DNA of 64,000 nt from an uncultured Gemmatimonadota bacterium (GTDB taxonomy: Bacteria > Blakebacterota > Blakebacteria > Blakebacterales > Blakebacteraceae), in the NCBI GenBank assembly GCA_964576115.1, contig CAZNUA010000006.1:1-64000 (forward strand), given 5' to 3'. The notes beneath the pieces are model-generated. The model was not told the DNA's origin, ran no database searches, and worked only from the letters and a program-made list of their open reading frames with translations. The position numbers and the translations under genes are program-made. Below are positions 20,151 to 30,685 of this stretch, piece after piece; the first letter of the stretch is position 1; each line of letters opens with the position of its first letter.

Positions 20151-21317
20151 TCATCGCCGACGCCGTGCCTTCTGGAGGGTCTGCTGATCGGACTCGGTCG
20201 GTTCGAAGAGCCCTTCCTCGGCCATTTCGTCCAGGAGCTTCTTTTCTTTTCCCGAGGTCTTCTGCGGGGTCCAGATCACGATTTCGACCAACAGATCCCC
20301 TGTGCCGTATCCATTGAGATGCGGCAGGCCTTCTCCTCGCATGCGCAGGATTTTCCCCGACTGCGTCCGGGCCGGTACTTTCAGACGGGCCGACCCGGTG
20401 ATGGTCGGGACGTTGATGGTGCCCCCCCGGGCGGCGACGGCAAAGGATACCGGCTGCAGGCGGTAGAGATCGTCACCCTCGCGTTCGAAGGCAGAATGCG
20501 GTTTCTCCTCGATGAAAACGATGACGTCCCCCGCCGGGCCCCCTCGCAGGCCGACGTTGCCCTCCCCGCTTATGGTCAGGTAGTTCCCCTCGGCCACCCC
20601 CGGCGGAACCTTCACGGCCAGCGTTGTCTGCTGGCGCACGCGCCCGGTCCCCGAACAGGTGCTGCAGGGTTCGGCGATGACGGTGCCCTCGCCCTGGCAG
20701 GTCGGACAGGTGGTGATGTTCATCATCTGTCCGAACAGAGAGCGGCTTACCTGCTGGACCTGTCCGGCGCCGTTGCAGGTCGAGCAGGTGACCGGCTCCG
20801 AGCCCTCGGCCGCGCCGCTTCCACCGCAGGCGTCGCAGCGTTCCCAGCGGCGTACCCGGACTTTCTTGCTCACGCCGGCGGCGATCTCCTTGAGAGTCAG
20901 CGGTAGCCTGACCTCGATATTGCCGCCGCGCCGGACGGTCCGCCGCCGCCGTCCCGTCCCCCGCATGCCGCCCCCGAAGAGGTCTTCGAAGCCGCCTCCG
21001 AATCCGCCTCCGAAAGCACTCATGAAGGCGTTCAGGGCCTCTTCGACGGTCGTGAATCCGGTGAAGCCCCCGAAACCGGGACCGGCTCCCGGCGGAGCCT
21101 GGTGACCGAAGCGGTCGTACTGCGTTCGTTTGTCCGGATCGCGGAGGACTTCGTAGGCCTCGGTGGCCTCCTTGAACTTCTCTTCGGCGCCGGTGTCCCC
21201 CGGATTGCGGTCGGGGTGATATTTCAGAGCCAGCTGCCGGTAAGCTTTCTTGATCTGGTCGAGATCGGCCTCCCGATCCACACCGAGAACCTCGTAGTAG
21301 TCACGCTTGGCGGCCAT
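20151..21317 (-). CDS. dnaJ: Chaperone DnaJ
   Basis: J domain with HPD, a G/F-rich region, and four CxxCxGxG repeats. Confidence 0.98.
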   Translation of the reverse strand: MAAKRDYYEVLGVDREADLDQIKKAYRQLALKYHPDRNPGDTGAEEKFKEATEAYEVLRDPDKRTQYDRFGHQAPPGAGPGFGGFTGFTTVEEALNAFMSAFGGGFGGGFEDLFGGGMRGTGRRRRTVRRGGNIEVRLPLTLKEIAAGVSKKVRVRRWERCDACGGSGAAEGSEPVTCSTCNGAGQVQQVSRSLFGQMMNITTCPTCQGEGTVIAEPCSTCSGTGRVRQQTTLAVKVPPGVAEGNYLTISGEGNVGLRGGPAGDVIVFIEEKPHSAFEREGDDLYRLQPVSFAVAARGGTINVPTITGSARLKVPARTQSGKILRMRGEGLPHLNGYGTGDLLVEIVIWTPQKTSGKEKKLLDEMAEEGLFEPTESDQQTLQKARRRR

Positions 21318-21319
21318 CG

Positions 21320-21970
21320 TCAGAGGGTGCTTTCCCCGGCGGTGGTCTCATCCTGTTCCCCTGCCCCGGACGTCTCCTCGTCCGGTTCCTGGGTGACCAG
21401 AACCCGCGGTGCCCGGATCACCCGCTCGTGCATCAGGTAACCCGGTTCCAGAACTTCGGCGATATGTCCGGGCTCGAGCGCGGAATCGGGGATGACCCCG
21501 ACCGCCTCGTGGGTGTGGGGGTCGAAAGCCTCACCCACCGGTTCGATCCGCTCCACGCCATGGCGGCGCATCACCTCGCGGAATTGTGCGAGGATCATCA
21601 CGATACCGTCGTGAAAGGGATCGTATTCGCGCGTCTGCTCGCTGGACTGGATGGCTCGCTCGAAGGAGTCGAGGACGGGCAGCAGGTCGCGCGCCAGCGA
21701 TTCATACCCGTAGCGGAGAAGGTCCTCGGTCTCGCGCTGACGGCGCTTCTTGTAGTTCTCGAATTCGGCTGCGATCCGCAGCAGCCGATCTTCGAGCTGC
21801 CCGACGGTTACGGCTTCCCCGTCGGCCGGTTCCGCCGGGGGCGGCTGATCGCCCGCGCTTTGCGATTCGGCCTCCGGGGCCATCACCGGTTGCTCTTCCG
21901 GCGGTGTGTCGGAATCGTTCGGCCGGTTCCGTTCTGTCTTCTCTGCCCGTTCGTCCCGCTCTGTACTCAC
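21320..21970 (-). CDS. grpE: Nucleotide exchange factor GrpE
   Basis: [31 protein letters not shown]...RVIR. Confidence 0.96.
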   Translation of the reverse strand: MSTERDERAEKTERNRPNDSDTPPEEQPVMAPEAESQSAGDQPPPAEPADGEAVTVGQLEDRLLRIAAEFENYKKRRQRETEDLLRYGYESLARDLLPVLDSFERAIQSSEQTREYDPFHDGIVMILAQFREVMRRHGVERIEPVGEAFDPHTHEAVGVIPDSALEPGHIAEVLEPGYLMHERVIRAPRVLVTQEPDEETSGAGEQDETTAGESTL

Positions 21971-23064
21971 GCCCGTTCTTCCTCTTCCCCGATGTCTTCA
22001 GTCTGTGCTCCGGCCTCTTCATCGAAAGCTTCGCTGACGAGCCGGGCGGTATAATCGACGATGCTGACCAGTTTCGAGTACTCCATCCGGGTAGGTCCGA
22101 GAATGCCCAGGGAGCCCGACACTTCACCGGCCGTATAGGGCGAAGCGACAATGGAACAGAAGGTGATCTCGCCGTCTTCGTTTTCTTCTCCGATGGTGAT
22201 CGTCAGGCCTTCGTCCTCGCGCTTGCGGCCCATCACCCGCACGATGATGTCCTTCTCTTCCAGGGCCTGCATCAGAGACACCAGACGGGTGCGGTCGGCG
22301 AATTCGGGCTGAGCCAGGATATTCGGCGTTCCCCAGTAGTGGATTCCCTCCCCCCCCGCGTCGGTCTGGAAAAGATCCTCGGCATTGTTGAGGATCAACT
22401 GGAGGATTTTCGGATCGCCGAAGCTGACATCACTGACCCGTTCGCGCACAGACTCCCTGATCACTCCAAGCGGCAGGCCCGAAAGCCGTTCGTTCAACAG
22501 GTTGGCGGTTTCGTGCAACAGGTTGCGGTCGACCACGGCATCGAGTTCGAGAACCACCGTACGCAGGAATCCCTTCGAAATCGTCAGCACGGCCAGGACC
22601 TTGCGGTCGCCCAGAGTGACGAGCTCGATCTTCTCGAATATGCCTTCCTCCAGGCGGGGTTCGAGACTCACCGCCAGCAGGCTCGAGATGCTGCCCAGGG
22701 CCTGCATCGTCTGGTCGAGGATGGCCGCCGCATCCTGGGTCCTGCCCCGGCAGACATGCCCCGCCACGGCATCCCTGATCAGGGCCCGTTCCCGCGCGCT
22801 CATCCGCTTGGGGGACATCAGCTGGTCGACGTAAAAACGATAGCCGAGATTGGTGGGGATCCGGCCGGCGCTGGTATGCGGCTGTTCGAGCAGGCCCGCT
22901 TCTTCGAGATCGTTCATGGTGTTGCGGATGGTGGCCGGCGAGAGATCCAGCCCGTACCGCCGCACCAGGGTGCGTGAGCCCACCGGTACGGCATCGTGCA
23001 CGTAGGCCTGCACCACCAGGCTCAGAACCGCCCGTTCCCGTTCTGTGAGTTCTCGTTTTGTCAT
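21967..23064 (-). CDS. hrcA: Heat-inducible transcription repressor
   Basis: PVGSRTL, SPATIRNTMNDLE, QPHTSAGRIPT, GILGPTRMEY. Confidence 0.97.
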   Translation of the reverse strand: MTKRELTERERAVLSLVVQAYVHDAVPVGSRTLVRRYGLDLSPATIRNTMNDLEEAGLLEQPHTSAGRIPTNLGYRFYVDQLMSPKRMSARERALIRDAVAGHVCRGRTQDAAAILDQTMQALGSISSLLAVSLEPRLEEGIFEKIELVTLGDRKVLAVLTISKGFLRTVVLELDAVVDRNLLHETANLLNERLSGLPLGVIRESVRERVSDVSFGDPKILQLILNNAEDLFQTDAGGEGIHYWGTPNILAQPEFADRTRLVSLMQALEEKDIIVRVMGRKREDEGLTITIGEENEDGEITFCSIVASPYTAGEVSGSLGILGPTRMEYSKLVSIVDYTARLVSEAFDEEAGAQTEDIGEEEERA

Positions 23065-23094
23065 TGCGGCAGCCGTTGGATTACAGAGTGCCTT

Positions 23095-23121
23095 TTAGCA
23101 CTCTCTTCGTGAGAGTGCTAA
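23095..23121. promoter_or_regulatory. CIRCE element (HrcA operator)
   Basis: Exact consensus TTAGCACTC-N9(tcttcgtga)-GAGTGCTAA, 30 nt upstream of the hrcA ATG. Confidence 0.97.
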
Positions 23122-23128
23122 CATACAC

Positions 23129-23157
23129 AAGATAGGCGGCCCGGCGACGGCGGTCAA
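23129..23157 (-). promoter_or_regulatory. Sigma-70 promoter of the hrcA operon
   Basis: TTGACC-N17-TATCTT on the minus strand. The predicted TSS (~23122) abuts the CIRCE. Confidence 0.75.
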
Positions 23158-23279
23158 CCAGTCCTGTCGGCGGACGAACGCCGTTCTTCGCTCTTGATGG
23201 CTGAGCGGAGCATCCAGGCGAAACCGCCCCACAGACCGCCCAGGATGATAACCATGGCGATGATGCTGCCGGTCGTCAT
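23154..23279 (-). CDS. MetS-family small subunit of an NSS transporter (41 aa)
   Basis: MTTGSIIAMVIILGGLWGGFAWMLRSAIKSEE..., a single TM helix. It overlaps the NSS stop by ATGA and has a GGAGG RBS. Confidence 0.8.
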   Translation of the reverse strand: MTTGSIIAMVIILGGLWGGFAWMLRSAIKSEERRSSADRTG

Positions 23280-24778
23280 AACCGGCCTCCTTCCGGCAGG
23301 GCCGTTCCCGGAGGGCCGAGCGTCCGGTTGCTCAACCACCGGTTCAGAGCCAGCAGAACGATGACGGCCAGCCCCCATTGGAACAGACATGTGCCCAGGT
23401 TGGCGACCGCGAAGGGATTCCACCAGGCCTCGCCCCAGCCGAAGGATTGCACGCTCCACCAGATCAGCATGGCGCCGAACTCAACCGGAACCAGAACTCC
23501 CAGCAGGCCGTTGAACCACGGTCCCAGCGTGATCTCGTTGCCGGGCAGGTTGATCAGGTCGGCCCGCAGGCGGGTCAGACCGTATTTGATGGCGGCAAAG
23601 GCGAACAGGCCGCCGCTGACCATCAGGCCCAGGCCCCAGGCCCAGTCCTGATTGTTGAAATAATTCAGGCTCAGGGCGCTGGGTACCCCGCCCGCGAAGC
23701 CGGCTGCGAAGACGATCCCGATGGCCCGTTTGCGCTGCAGCCCCAGATCGATCAGGATCCGGGTGATGAGCTCGATCATGGCGATCAGGCTCGACAGCGC
23801 AGCGGCGGTCAGGGCCAGGAAGAAAATGGCGCTGAAAATGCTGCCGAGGGGAATCTTCTGGAACAGGATCGGGATCCAGACGAAGGTCAGCCCGGTTGCG
23901 GCCGGGCCGCTGTACGTGGCCACCTCGAAGGCTTCCTGAAAAGTCGGGAAAGAGGCGAATACGGTGGGCAGGACGGCCAGGGCGGCCAGCAGACTCATGC
24001 TGTTGTTCCCCAGACCGATCACCAGACTGTTGCGCACACAGTCGCTTCGCTCCCGGCTGTACACGGCGTAGGTCAGCAGAAGTCCCCACCCCGCCCCGGT
24101 GCTCCAGGCCGACTGGGTCAGACCCTCGAGCCAGATGCGGTAGTCCCCCAGTCGGCTCCAATCGATGTCGAACATGAAATGCAGACCGCGTTCGGCGCCC
24201 GGCAGGGTCAGGGCCCGGACCGCCGCCACCATCAGCAGGAGAGCCAGCAGGGGTATCAGAATTTTATTGGCCAGCTCGATGCCCCGCACCACGCCGCGCC
24301 AGATGACCCACGCTCCCAGACCGAAGGCCAGCAGGTGGAAGGGCAGCGCCCAGCCCGAGGTGGCGAAGTGTTCGAAGGCCTGCTGGGCCGCCTCGGCGTC
24401 GGTCAGCCGCGCCAGCCCCCCGCTGAGGGCGGTGAAGAAGTAGCGCAGACACCACCCGGCCACGACCGAGTAGTAGAAGGTGATCATGGTCGTCACCGCC
24501 GCCACGAAGCCGCCCATCCAGGAATAGCGGCGTCCGATCAGCTTCCCGAAGGCACCGACCAGACCCATGCGGGTCTTCTTGCCCATGCCCAGCTCGAGGA
24601 TCAGCAGCGGGATCGACCAGGCGAAGAGAAAGAAGAGCCAGGGGATGAGAAAGGCTCCTCCTTCGTTGGTGGCGAAGATACGGGGGAAGCGCCAGACGTT
24701 GCCGGTGCCGACCGCCATGCCGAGAGCGGCCAGGATCAGACCCCAGCGGGAGGTGAACTGCTCGCGTTGCTCGCTCAT
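23276..24778 (-). CDS. Sodium-dependent transporter, NSS/SLC6 family
   Basis: REQFTSRWG, GMAVGTGNVWRFP, GGAFLIP, YYSVVAGW, and multiple TM helices. Confidence 0.93.
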   Translation of the reverse strand: MSEQREQFTSRWGLILAALGMAVGTGNVWRFPRIFATNEGGAFLIPWLFFLFAWSIPLLILELGMGKKTRMGLVGAFGKLIGRRYSWMGGFVAAVTTMITFYYSVVAGWCLRYFFTALSGGLARLTDAEAAQQAFEHFATSGWALPFHLLAFGLGAWVIWRGVVRGIELANKILIPLLALLLMVAAVRALTLPGAERGLHFMFDIDWSRLGDYRIWLEGLTQSAWSTGAGWGLLLTYAVYSRERSDCVRNSLVIGLGNNSMSLLAALAVLPTVFASFPTFQEAFEVATYSGPAATGLTFVWIPILFQKIPLGSIFSAIFFLALTAAALSSLIAMIELITRILIDLGLQRKRAIGIVFAAGFAGGVPSALSLNYFNNQDWAWGLGLMVSGGLFAFAAIKYGLTRLRADLINLPGNEITLGPWFNGLLGVLVPVEFGAMLIWWSVQSFGWGEAWWNPFAVANLGTCLFQWGLAVIVLLALNRWLSNRTLGPPGTALPEGGRL

Positions 24779-24800
24779 GACCTTTCCTTGGCTCTTCGCT

Positions 24801-25589
24801 TCAGACGATGATGAAACCCACTGCCGCGACCGTCCAGCAGTACCAGGCGAAGGGAACCAGACCGTGTCTTTTCAGAACCGCCAGCAGACCGGCGATGGCG
24901 GCATAGCCCGACACCAGAGCGGCGGCGAAACCGAGCAGCAGCGGACCCGCAGCCGGAATCCCGGCCGGGGCCGACCCCGAGACGAGTTCGGCCCCGATCA
25001 GCACGGCCGCACCGGCGATGGCGGGGATGCTCAGCAGGAAGGAAAACTCTGCTGCTTCGCTGCGCTCGACCCCGCTCCACAACCCGGCGGCAATGGTGGT
25101 TCCCGAGCGCGATATGCCCGGCAGAATGGAGAGCGCCTGACCCAGTCCCATGACCAGGGCCGCCCCCGAAAGAGCCGAACGGTTGTGCGGACGGCTCCAG
25201 CGGCTGGTAAAAAGGATCGCCCCGGTCACGACGAGCCCGGCCAGAGCGACCGTCGGAGATTCGAAGACCCGTTCGATACCGCTCCGGAAACCCAGGCCGA
25301 CCGCGACCGCCGGCAGGGTGCCGGCCGCCAGCCAGCCCAGCCAGCGACGGGCTCGACGGCCCTCCTCGCCGCGGACCGGGAAGGAACGGATGAGCCAGGC
25401 TATCCGCGTGCGGAAGTAGATGATCACCGCCAGCAGGGTTCCCAGGTGCAGGGTGACCTCGACCAGCAGGCCCCCTTCGTGCATGCCCATGACCGCTTCA
25501 CTGAGGACCAGGTGGCCGCTGGAGGAAATGGGCAGGAATTCGGTCGCTCCCTGAACAATCCCGAGGATGAGGGACTCGAGCAGGCTCAT
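24801..25589 (-). CDS. uppP: Undecaprenyl-diphosphate phosphatase
   Basis: QGATEFLPISSSGHL, PGISRSGTTI, EFSFLLSIP. Confidence 0.96.
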   Translation of the reverse strand: MSLLESLILGIVQGATEFLPISSSGHLVLSEAVMGMHEGGLLVEVTLHLGTLLAVIIYFRTRIAWLIRSFPVRGEEGRRARRWLGWLAAGTLPAVAVGLGFRSGIERVFESPTVALAGLVVTGAILFTSRWSRPHNRSALSGAALVMGLGQALSILPGISRSGTTIAAGLWSGVERSEAAEFSFLLSIPAIAGAAVLIGAELVSGSAPAGIPAAGPLLLGFAAALVSGYAAIAGLLAVLKRHGLVPFAWYCWTVAAVGFIIV

Positions 25590-26344
25590 CGCGCCGGCCC
25601 CTTCACGATAAAGGCGAGGTTGCGTGCCGGTCCCCCCGCTGAACCGCGATAGCTGTGAAAGCTCAACCCCCCAGGGGCGTCCCGGTTGCAGAGGGTGCAG
25701 ACGGCCCGGCTGCGGTCTATGCGGTCCGTGCGCAGGCCGGCCGTTTCCAGATGTAGGGCTATCGCCCCCGGCAGGTCAAGCAGAAGCCTGCCCGCTTCGG
25801 ACCGGACCAGGCGGGCGGGAAAGTCGGCCGCCACCTCGGGACCGACTTCAAAGCAACACGGCCCCAGCGCCGGCCCGATGGCGGCCCACAGCTCGCCGGG
25901 ACCACAACCCGTCAGCGTGCAGAGAGCGGCCACAGCCGCCCCCGGAGCATCGGCCCGTGCCCCCCGCCACCCGGCGTGAACGATACCGATTCCCCGGCCG
26001 TCGGCGGTCGTCAGGACGACCGGAGCGCAGTCGGCCACACGCACGCAGATAGCCACCCCACTGTCGAGCGTGATCAGAGCATCGCCGGCGGTGTGCGCCA
26101 CCAGAGGCGAAGCGTCGACAGTGCGCACCGTGGCACCGTGGACCTGGCGCAGCTGGTGGACCGCCTCGGGGTGCAGGCCGCTGCACCCGCTGACGAGGGA
26201 TGGAGCCCGGCTGCGGTCCGAGGCATCGGCGGGACGGGCGGTCACGGCGCTGTGCACACCCGCGACCGGAAGCGGCAGGGTCAGACAGGGCACGTTCGGG
26301 AACCCGGGATCGTCCGGCGCTGAGGAAGAGGGCGGCCGGTTCAC
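25586..26344 (-). CDS. pgeF: PgeF/YfiH (laccase-domain/purine nucleoside phosphorylase-like) protein
   Basis: QVHG, VADCAP, HAGWRG, IGPALGPCCFEVG, FHSYR. Confidence 0.9.
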   Translation of the reverse strand: MNRPPSSSAPDDPGFPNVPCLTLPLPVAGVHSAVTARPADASDRSRAPSLVSGCSGLHPEAVHQLRQVHGATVRTVDASPLVAHTAGDALITLDSGVAICVRVADCAPVVLTTADGRGIGIVHAGWRGARADAPGAAVAALCTLTGCGPGELWAAIGPALGPCCFEVGPEVAADFPARLVRSEAGRLLLDLPGAIALHLETAGLRTDRIDRSRAVCTLCNRDAPGGLSFHSYRGSAGGPARNLAFIVKGPAR

Positions 26345-28515
26345 GGGTTCTCGATACCTCCGGTGATCCGTTCGACCCGCTCCACGCCCTTGACCCGGCG
26401 CAGGTTCTTGAGAACCCGCTGCAGCTGCTGCAGGTTGCGCACGCTGATCACAAAGCGCCCGGTGGCCTCATCACCCACGGCATCCATGGTGGCGCTGCGG
26501 ATGTTCGAACCGACCGAGCTGATGGCCCGTCCCAGATCGCCGAGCAGGGTGTTTCGGTCGCGGGCCAGAACGCTCACCCCGGCGATGAAGGATTGATCCT
26601 TGTCGGCATCCCAGGCAACATCCACGATGCGGTCCTCTTCCTTGAGCATGTGGACCACATTGGGGCAGTCGCGGCGATGAACCGTCACACCCCGTCCCCG
26701 GGTGATGTAGCCGACGATCTTGTCACCGGGGATCGGCTGGCAGCAGCGGGCGAAGGAGATCATCAGGTTGCCCTCCCCCTGTACGCTGACGCCCCGCACG
26801 GTCGAACGGGCCCGCTCCACCAGTTTCTGGATGAAACCGTCCGTGATCTCTTCTTCGGAGGGAGGATGGAGCTTGCGTACAGCCGACGCGGTCTTGAGCG
26901 AACCGCGGCCGATGGCCTCGTAGAATTCATCGGCCGACTCGTACCCCAGCGACTGCGCCAGATCGATGAGCTCCTCCTTGCGGGGCATTTTCTGACGGGC
27001 CTTCTTCAACTCCCGTTCGAAGAGTTCGCTTCCCAGCCGGATCGACTGCTCGCTTTCCTGATCGCGCAGGTAGCGGCGGATCCGGGTGCGGGCCCGGGCG
27101 GTCTTGACCAGCCGGAGCCAGTTCTGGCTCGGCCAGCGGTTGGGGGAGGTGATGACCTCGACCGTATCGCCCGAGTGCAGGCGGGTCTGCAGGGGCACGA
27201 TCCGGCCGTTGATCTTGACCCCCTGGCAGTGCAGGCCCACGTCGGTGTGCACCGCGAAGGCGAAATCGAGAACGGTGGCTTCACCGGGCAGCCGGATGAC
27301 ATCCCCCTTCGGGGTGAAGACGTAGACCTCGTTTTCGAACAGCTCGAGCTTGACGTGCTCCAGGAACTCGACCGGATCGGCTTCTCCGGTCTGCAGGTCG
27401 ATCACCTCGCGGACCCATTTGACCTGTTCGTCCCAGGGCGTGTCCTTGCCGGCCGTCGTTCCCTCCTTGTACTTCCAGTGGGCAGCGATCCCCTCCTCGG
27501 CGATGCGGTGCATTTCCCGGGTGCGGATCTGGATTTCCACAGGCTCGCCGTTGGGCCCCACCACGGTGGTGTGGATGGACTGGTACATGTTCGCTTTCGG
27601 GTGGGCCACGAAATCCTTGAATCGGGTCGGGATCGGTACGAAGAGAGAGTGCACGATTCCCAGGGCGTGGTAGCATTTGGCCTTGTCGCCGGTGAGAATA
27701 CGCAGGGCCATGATGTCGTAGATTTCTTCGAGTCCGACCCCGCGGTGCTGCATTTTCTGGTAGATGCTGTTGTACGATTTCAGACGCCACGATATCTCGG
27801 CCGGCACGCCGGCCTGCTTCAGTTCCCGCGCGATCGCCTTGCGCACACCGCCCAGGGCTTTCATCCGTTTGCGTTTGTCGGTTTCGAGCGTCTCGGACAG
27901 TTCGGCGAACACCTCCGGATAGAGTACCGCGAAGGCCCGGTCTTCGAGCTCGGTCTTGATGCGGTTGAGACCGAAACGATGAGCCAGCGGGACGTAGATG
28001 TCGATCGTCTCGCGGGCGATCCGTTCGGCCTTGCGGTGGTCGAGATGGCCGAGAGTGCGCATATTGTGCAGGCGGTCGGCGAGCTTGATCAGAATGACCC
28101 GCAGATCCTGAGCCATCGAGATGAGCATTTTCCGGAAGTTCTCGGCCTGGGCCGCTTCCCGGGAAGCGAACTCGAGACCCGAGATCTTGGTGACCCCCTC
28201 GACCAGAAAACCGATTTCGGGGCCGAACTCTTCGTCGAGCTGAACCCTGTTGACGGCCGTGTCTTCGAGGATGTCGTGCAGCAGGCCGGCGGCCACGGTG
28301 GTAGTGTCCAGCCGCATTCCGGCCAGTTCGAGCGCCACGGCCATGGGATGGGTCAGGTAGACCTGTCCCGATTCGCGCTCCTGCTCGCGATGAGCCTGTT
28401 CGGAGAAACGATAGGCGTGGGAGAGATAATCGAGATCGAGCCGGCGGCCGACCCGGCGGACCTTGCCCAGCCATTCCTTGAGGACAGGTGACGGGGCGGT
28501 CGCGGTCATGACCAA
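26341..28515 (-). CDS. rel: Bifunctional (p)ppGpp synthetase/hydrolase (long RSH)
   Basis: Intact HD motif (LLHDILED), KLADRLHNMRTL, YQSIHT, EIQIRT, plus TGS and ACT domains. The exact start is uncertain by a few codons. Confidence 0.95.
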   Translation of the reverse strand: MVMTATAPSPVLKEWLGKVRRVGRRLDLDYLSHAYRFSEQAHREQERESGQVYLTHPMAVALELAGMRLDTTTVAAGLLHDILEDTAVNRVQLDEEFGPEIGFLVEGVTKISGLEFASREAAQAENFRKMLISMAQDLRVILIKLADRLHNMRTLGHLDHRKAERIARETIDIYVPLAHRFGLNRIKTELEDRAFAVLYPEVFAELSETLETDKRKRMKALGGVRKAIARELKQAGVPAEISWRLKSYNSIYQKMQHRGVGLEEIYDIMALRILTGDKAKCYHALGIVHSLFVPIPTRFKDFVAHPKANMYQSIHTTVVGPNGEPVEIQIRTREMHRIAEEGIAAHWKYKEGTTAGKDTPWDEQVKWVREVIDLQTGEADPVEFLEHVKLELFENEVYVFTPKGDVIRLPGEATVLDFAFAVHTDVGLHCQGVKINGRIVPLQTRLHSGDTVEVITSPNRWPSQNWLRLVKTARARTRIRRYLRDQESEQSIRLGSELFERELKKARQKMPRKEELIDLAQSLGYESADEFYEAIGRGSLKTASAVRKLHPPSEEEITDGFIQKLVERARSTVRGVSVQGEGNLMISFARCCQPIPGDKIVGYITRGRGVTVHRRDCPNVVHMLKEEDRIVDVAWDADKDQSFIAGVSVLARDRNTLLGDLGRAISSVGSNIRSATMDAVGDEATGRFVISVRNLQQLQRVLKNLRRVKGVERVERITGGIENP

Positions 28516-28546
28516 TCCGGTGGCGTTCTCTGACTCGATCCGCCGT

Positions 28547-28960
28547 TCAGGAGGCGTCCGATCGTGAAGCGTGCCACTGCTGGATGTAGGCCACGATATC
28601 CGTGGTATCGGTGCCGGGGCCGAAAAGGCGTCCGGTGCCCAGGGCTTCCAGTTCAGCCATGTCCGCTTCGGGGATGATGCCTCCCCCCGTCAGCAGGATA
28701 TCTTCCATACCCTTCTCGCGCATCAGTTCGAGGACTCTCGGGAAGTGGGTCATGTGGGCTCCGGAGAGGATGCTCAGGGCGATGACGTCGGCGTCCTCCT
28801 GCAGGGCCGCCTCGACGATCATCTCCGGTGTCTGGCGCAAGCCGGTGTAAATCACCTCCATGCCGGCGTCGCGCAGGGCGGCGGCGACGACCTTGGCTCC
28901 CCGGTCGTGACCGTCCAGGCCGGGCTTGGCCACGATGATCCGGATGCGTTCTGTTTCCAT
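28547..28960 (-). CDS. Cobalamin-binding small subunit of an acyl-CoA mutase
   Basis: [13 protein letters not shown] (DxHxxG), [14 protein letters not shown]. Start METER follows GGAGGAG. Confidence 0.93.
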   Translation of the reverse strand: METERIRIIVAKPGLDGHDRGAKVVAAALRDAGMEVIYTGLRQTPEMIVEAALQEDADVIALSILSGAHMTHFPRVLELMREKGMEDILLTGGGIIPEADMAELEALGTGRLFGPGTDTTDIVAYIQQWHASRSDAS

Positions 28961-28986
28961 TTCTTCTCCTCCATGCCCCGGCTGAT

Positions 28987-30651
28987 TCAGAACATCGCCG
29001 GTTCGGTGTACGTCCCGAAGACCTCCCGCATGACATCCACGATCTCGCCCAGCGTGCACCAGGCTTTGGCGGCTTCGATGAGGGCGGGCATGACGTTCTC
29101 GCCCTCCCTGCAGACCCGGTCGATCTCTTCGAGGGCCCGTCCGGCGGCGTTGTCGTCACGCCGGGCACGTAGAGCCCGCAGCCGTGCGATCTGTCGATCC
29201 TGCATCTCGTCGGTGATCTCGAGGATGGGGATCTCTATCTTCTCCCCGGGATCGACGAAGTCGTTCACCCCCACGATGGTCCGCTGCCGCTGTTCGATCT
29301 CCCGCTGGTAGCGGTACGCCGCCCGGGCGATTTCCTGCTGGAAGAACCCCTTTTCGATGGCGGGGATCACCCCACCCAGTTCGTCGATACGGTCGAAGTA
29401 CGCTTCGGCTTCGGTCTCCATCCGATCGGTCAGCGATTCCAGCAGATAGGATCCGGCCAGAGGATCGATCGAATTGGTGACGCCCGATTCGTGGGCGATG
29501 ATCTGCTGGGTGCGCAGGGCGATCTTGACTGCTTTATCGCTGGGCAGAGCCAGGGTTTCGTCCATCGAGTTGGTGTGCAGGGACTGGGTGCCGCCGAGAA
29601 CTCCGGCCAGAGCCTGGATGGCCACCCGGACGATATTGTTCTCGGGCTGCTGAGCGGTCAGCGAGCAACCCGCGGTCTGGGTGTGAAAGCGCATCAGCAG
29701 ACTGCGTTCGTTCCGGGCCCCGTACTTCTCGCGCATGCGGCGGGCGTAGATGCGCCGGGCGGCGCGGTACTTGGCAATTTCCTCGAAGAAATCATTGTGC
29801 GCGTTGAAGAAAAACGACAGCCGGGGAGCGAACTCGTCCACAGCCAGTCCCCGCTCCAGCGCCGCTTCGACATAGGCGAAACCGTCGGCCAGGGTAAAGG
29901 CCAGCTCCTGAGCCGCGGTCGAACCCGCCTCGCGGATGTGATAGCCCGAGATCGAGATGGGATGCCAGCGAGGCATGTGGCGGGTGCAGTATTCGACGGT
30001 GTCGGTGATCAACCGCATTGACGGTTCGGGGGGAAAGATGAACTCCTTCTGGGCGATGTACTCCTTGAGGATATCGTTCTGGGTCGTGCCCGAGAGCTTT
30101 TCCGGCCCGACTCCCTGCCGCTCGGCGGCAGCGACGTAAAAGGCCAGCAGTACCGCCGCCGGGCTGTTGATCGTCATCGAGGTCGAGACCGAACCGAGGT
30201 CGATACGGTCGAAGAGAATCTCCATGTCCTCGAGACTGCTCACGGCCACCCCGCAGCGGCCGACCTCGCCGGTTGAAAATTCATGGTCGGAATCGTACCC
30301 GTAGAGGGTCGGCAGGTCGAAGGCGGTGCTCAGGCCGGTCTGCCCGCGTTCGAGCAGATAGTGGAAACGGGCGTTGGTGTCCTCGGCGGTGCCGAAACCG
30401 GCGAACATCCGCATCGTCCAGAGCCGGCCGCGATAGAGATTGGTATAGACGCCGCGGGTGAAGGGATAGGAGCCGGGGAAACCGAGATCGCGGTGGTAAT
30501 CGTGATCGTCGAGGTCCAGAGGGGTATAGAGCGGTTCGATCGGCTCGCTCGAGGTCGTGAACCAGTGGTCTTTCCATTCGCTCTGTGCTGCGGCCTTCTC
30601 GGCCCAGGCGTCACGCTCGGCCTGTATTTTCCCGTCGTCTTGTGCGCTCAT
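28987..30651 (-). CDS. B12-dependent acyl-CoA mutase large subunit (isobutyryl-CoA mutase-like)
   Basis: [48 protein letters not shown]. Start MSAQ follows AGGAG. Confidence 0.92.
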   Translation of the reverse strand: MSAQDDGKIQAERDAWAEKAAAQSEWKDHWFTTSSEPIEPLYTPLDLDDHDYHRDLGFPGSYPFTRGVYTNLYRGRLWTMRMFAGFGTAEDTNARFHYLLERGQTGLSTAFDLPTLYGYDSDHEFSTGEVGRCGVAVSSLEDMEILFDRIDLGSVSTSMTINSPAAVLLAFYVAAAERQGVGPEKLSGTTQNDILKEYIAQKEFIFPPEPSMRLITDTVEYCTRHMPRWHPISISGYHIREAGSTAAQELAFTLADGFAYVEAALERGLAVDEFAPRLSFFFNAHNDFFEEIAKYRAARRIYARRMREKYGARNERSLLMRFHTQTAGCSLTAQQPENNIVRVAIQALAGVLGGTQSLHTNSMDETLALPSDKAVKIALRTQQIIAHESGVTNSIDPLAGSYLLESLTDRMETEAEAYFDRIDELGGVIPAIEKGFFQQEIARAAYRYQREIEQRQRTIVGVNDFVDPGEKIEIPILEITDEMQDRQIARLRALRARRDDNAAGRALEEIDRVCREGENVMPALIEAAKAWCTLGEIVDVMREVFGTYTEPAMF

Positions 30652-30685
30652 CGTCTCCTGCCGTCCCGTAGGTGTCGGTTTCGCT

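Noticed and set aside
23070-23094. A second CIRCE
   Set aside because: Only a half-site (GAGTGCC at 23086-23092) is present, with no matching partner arm at 9-nt spacing.
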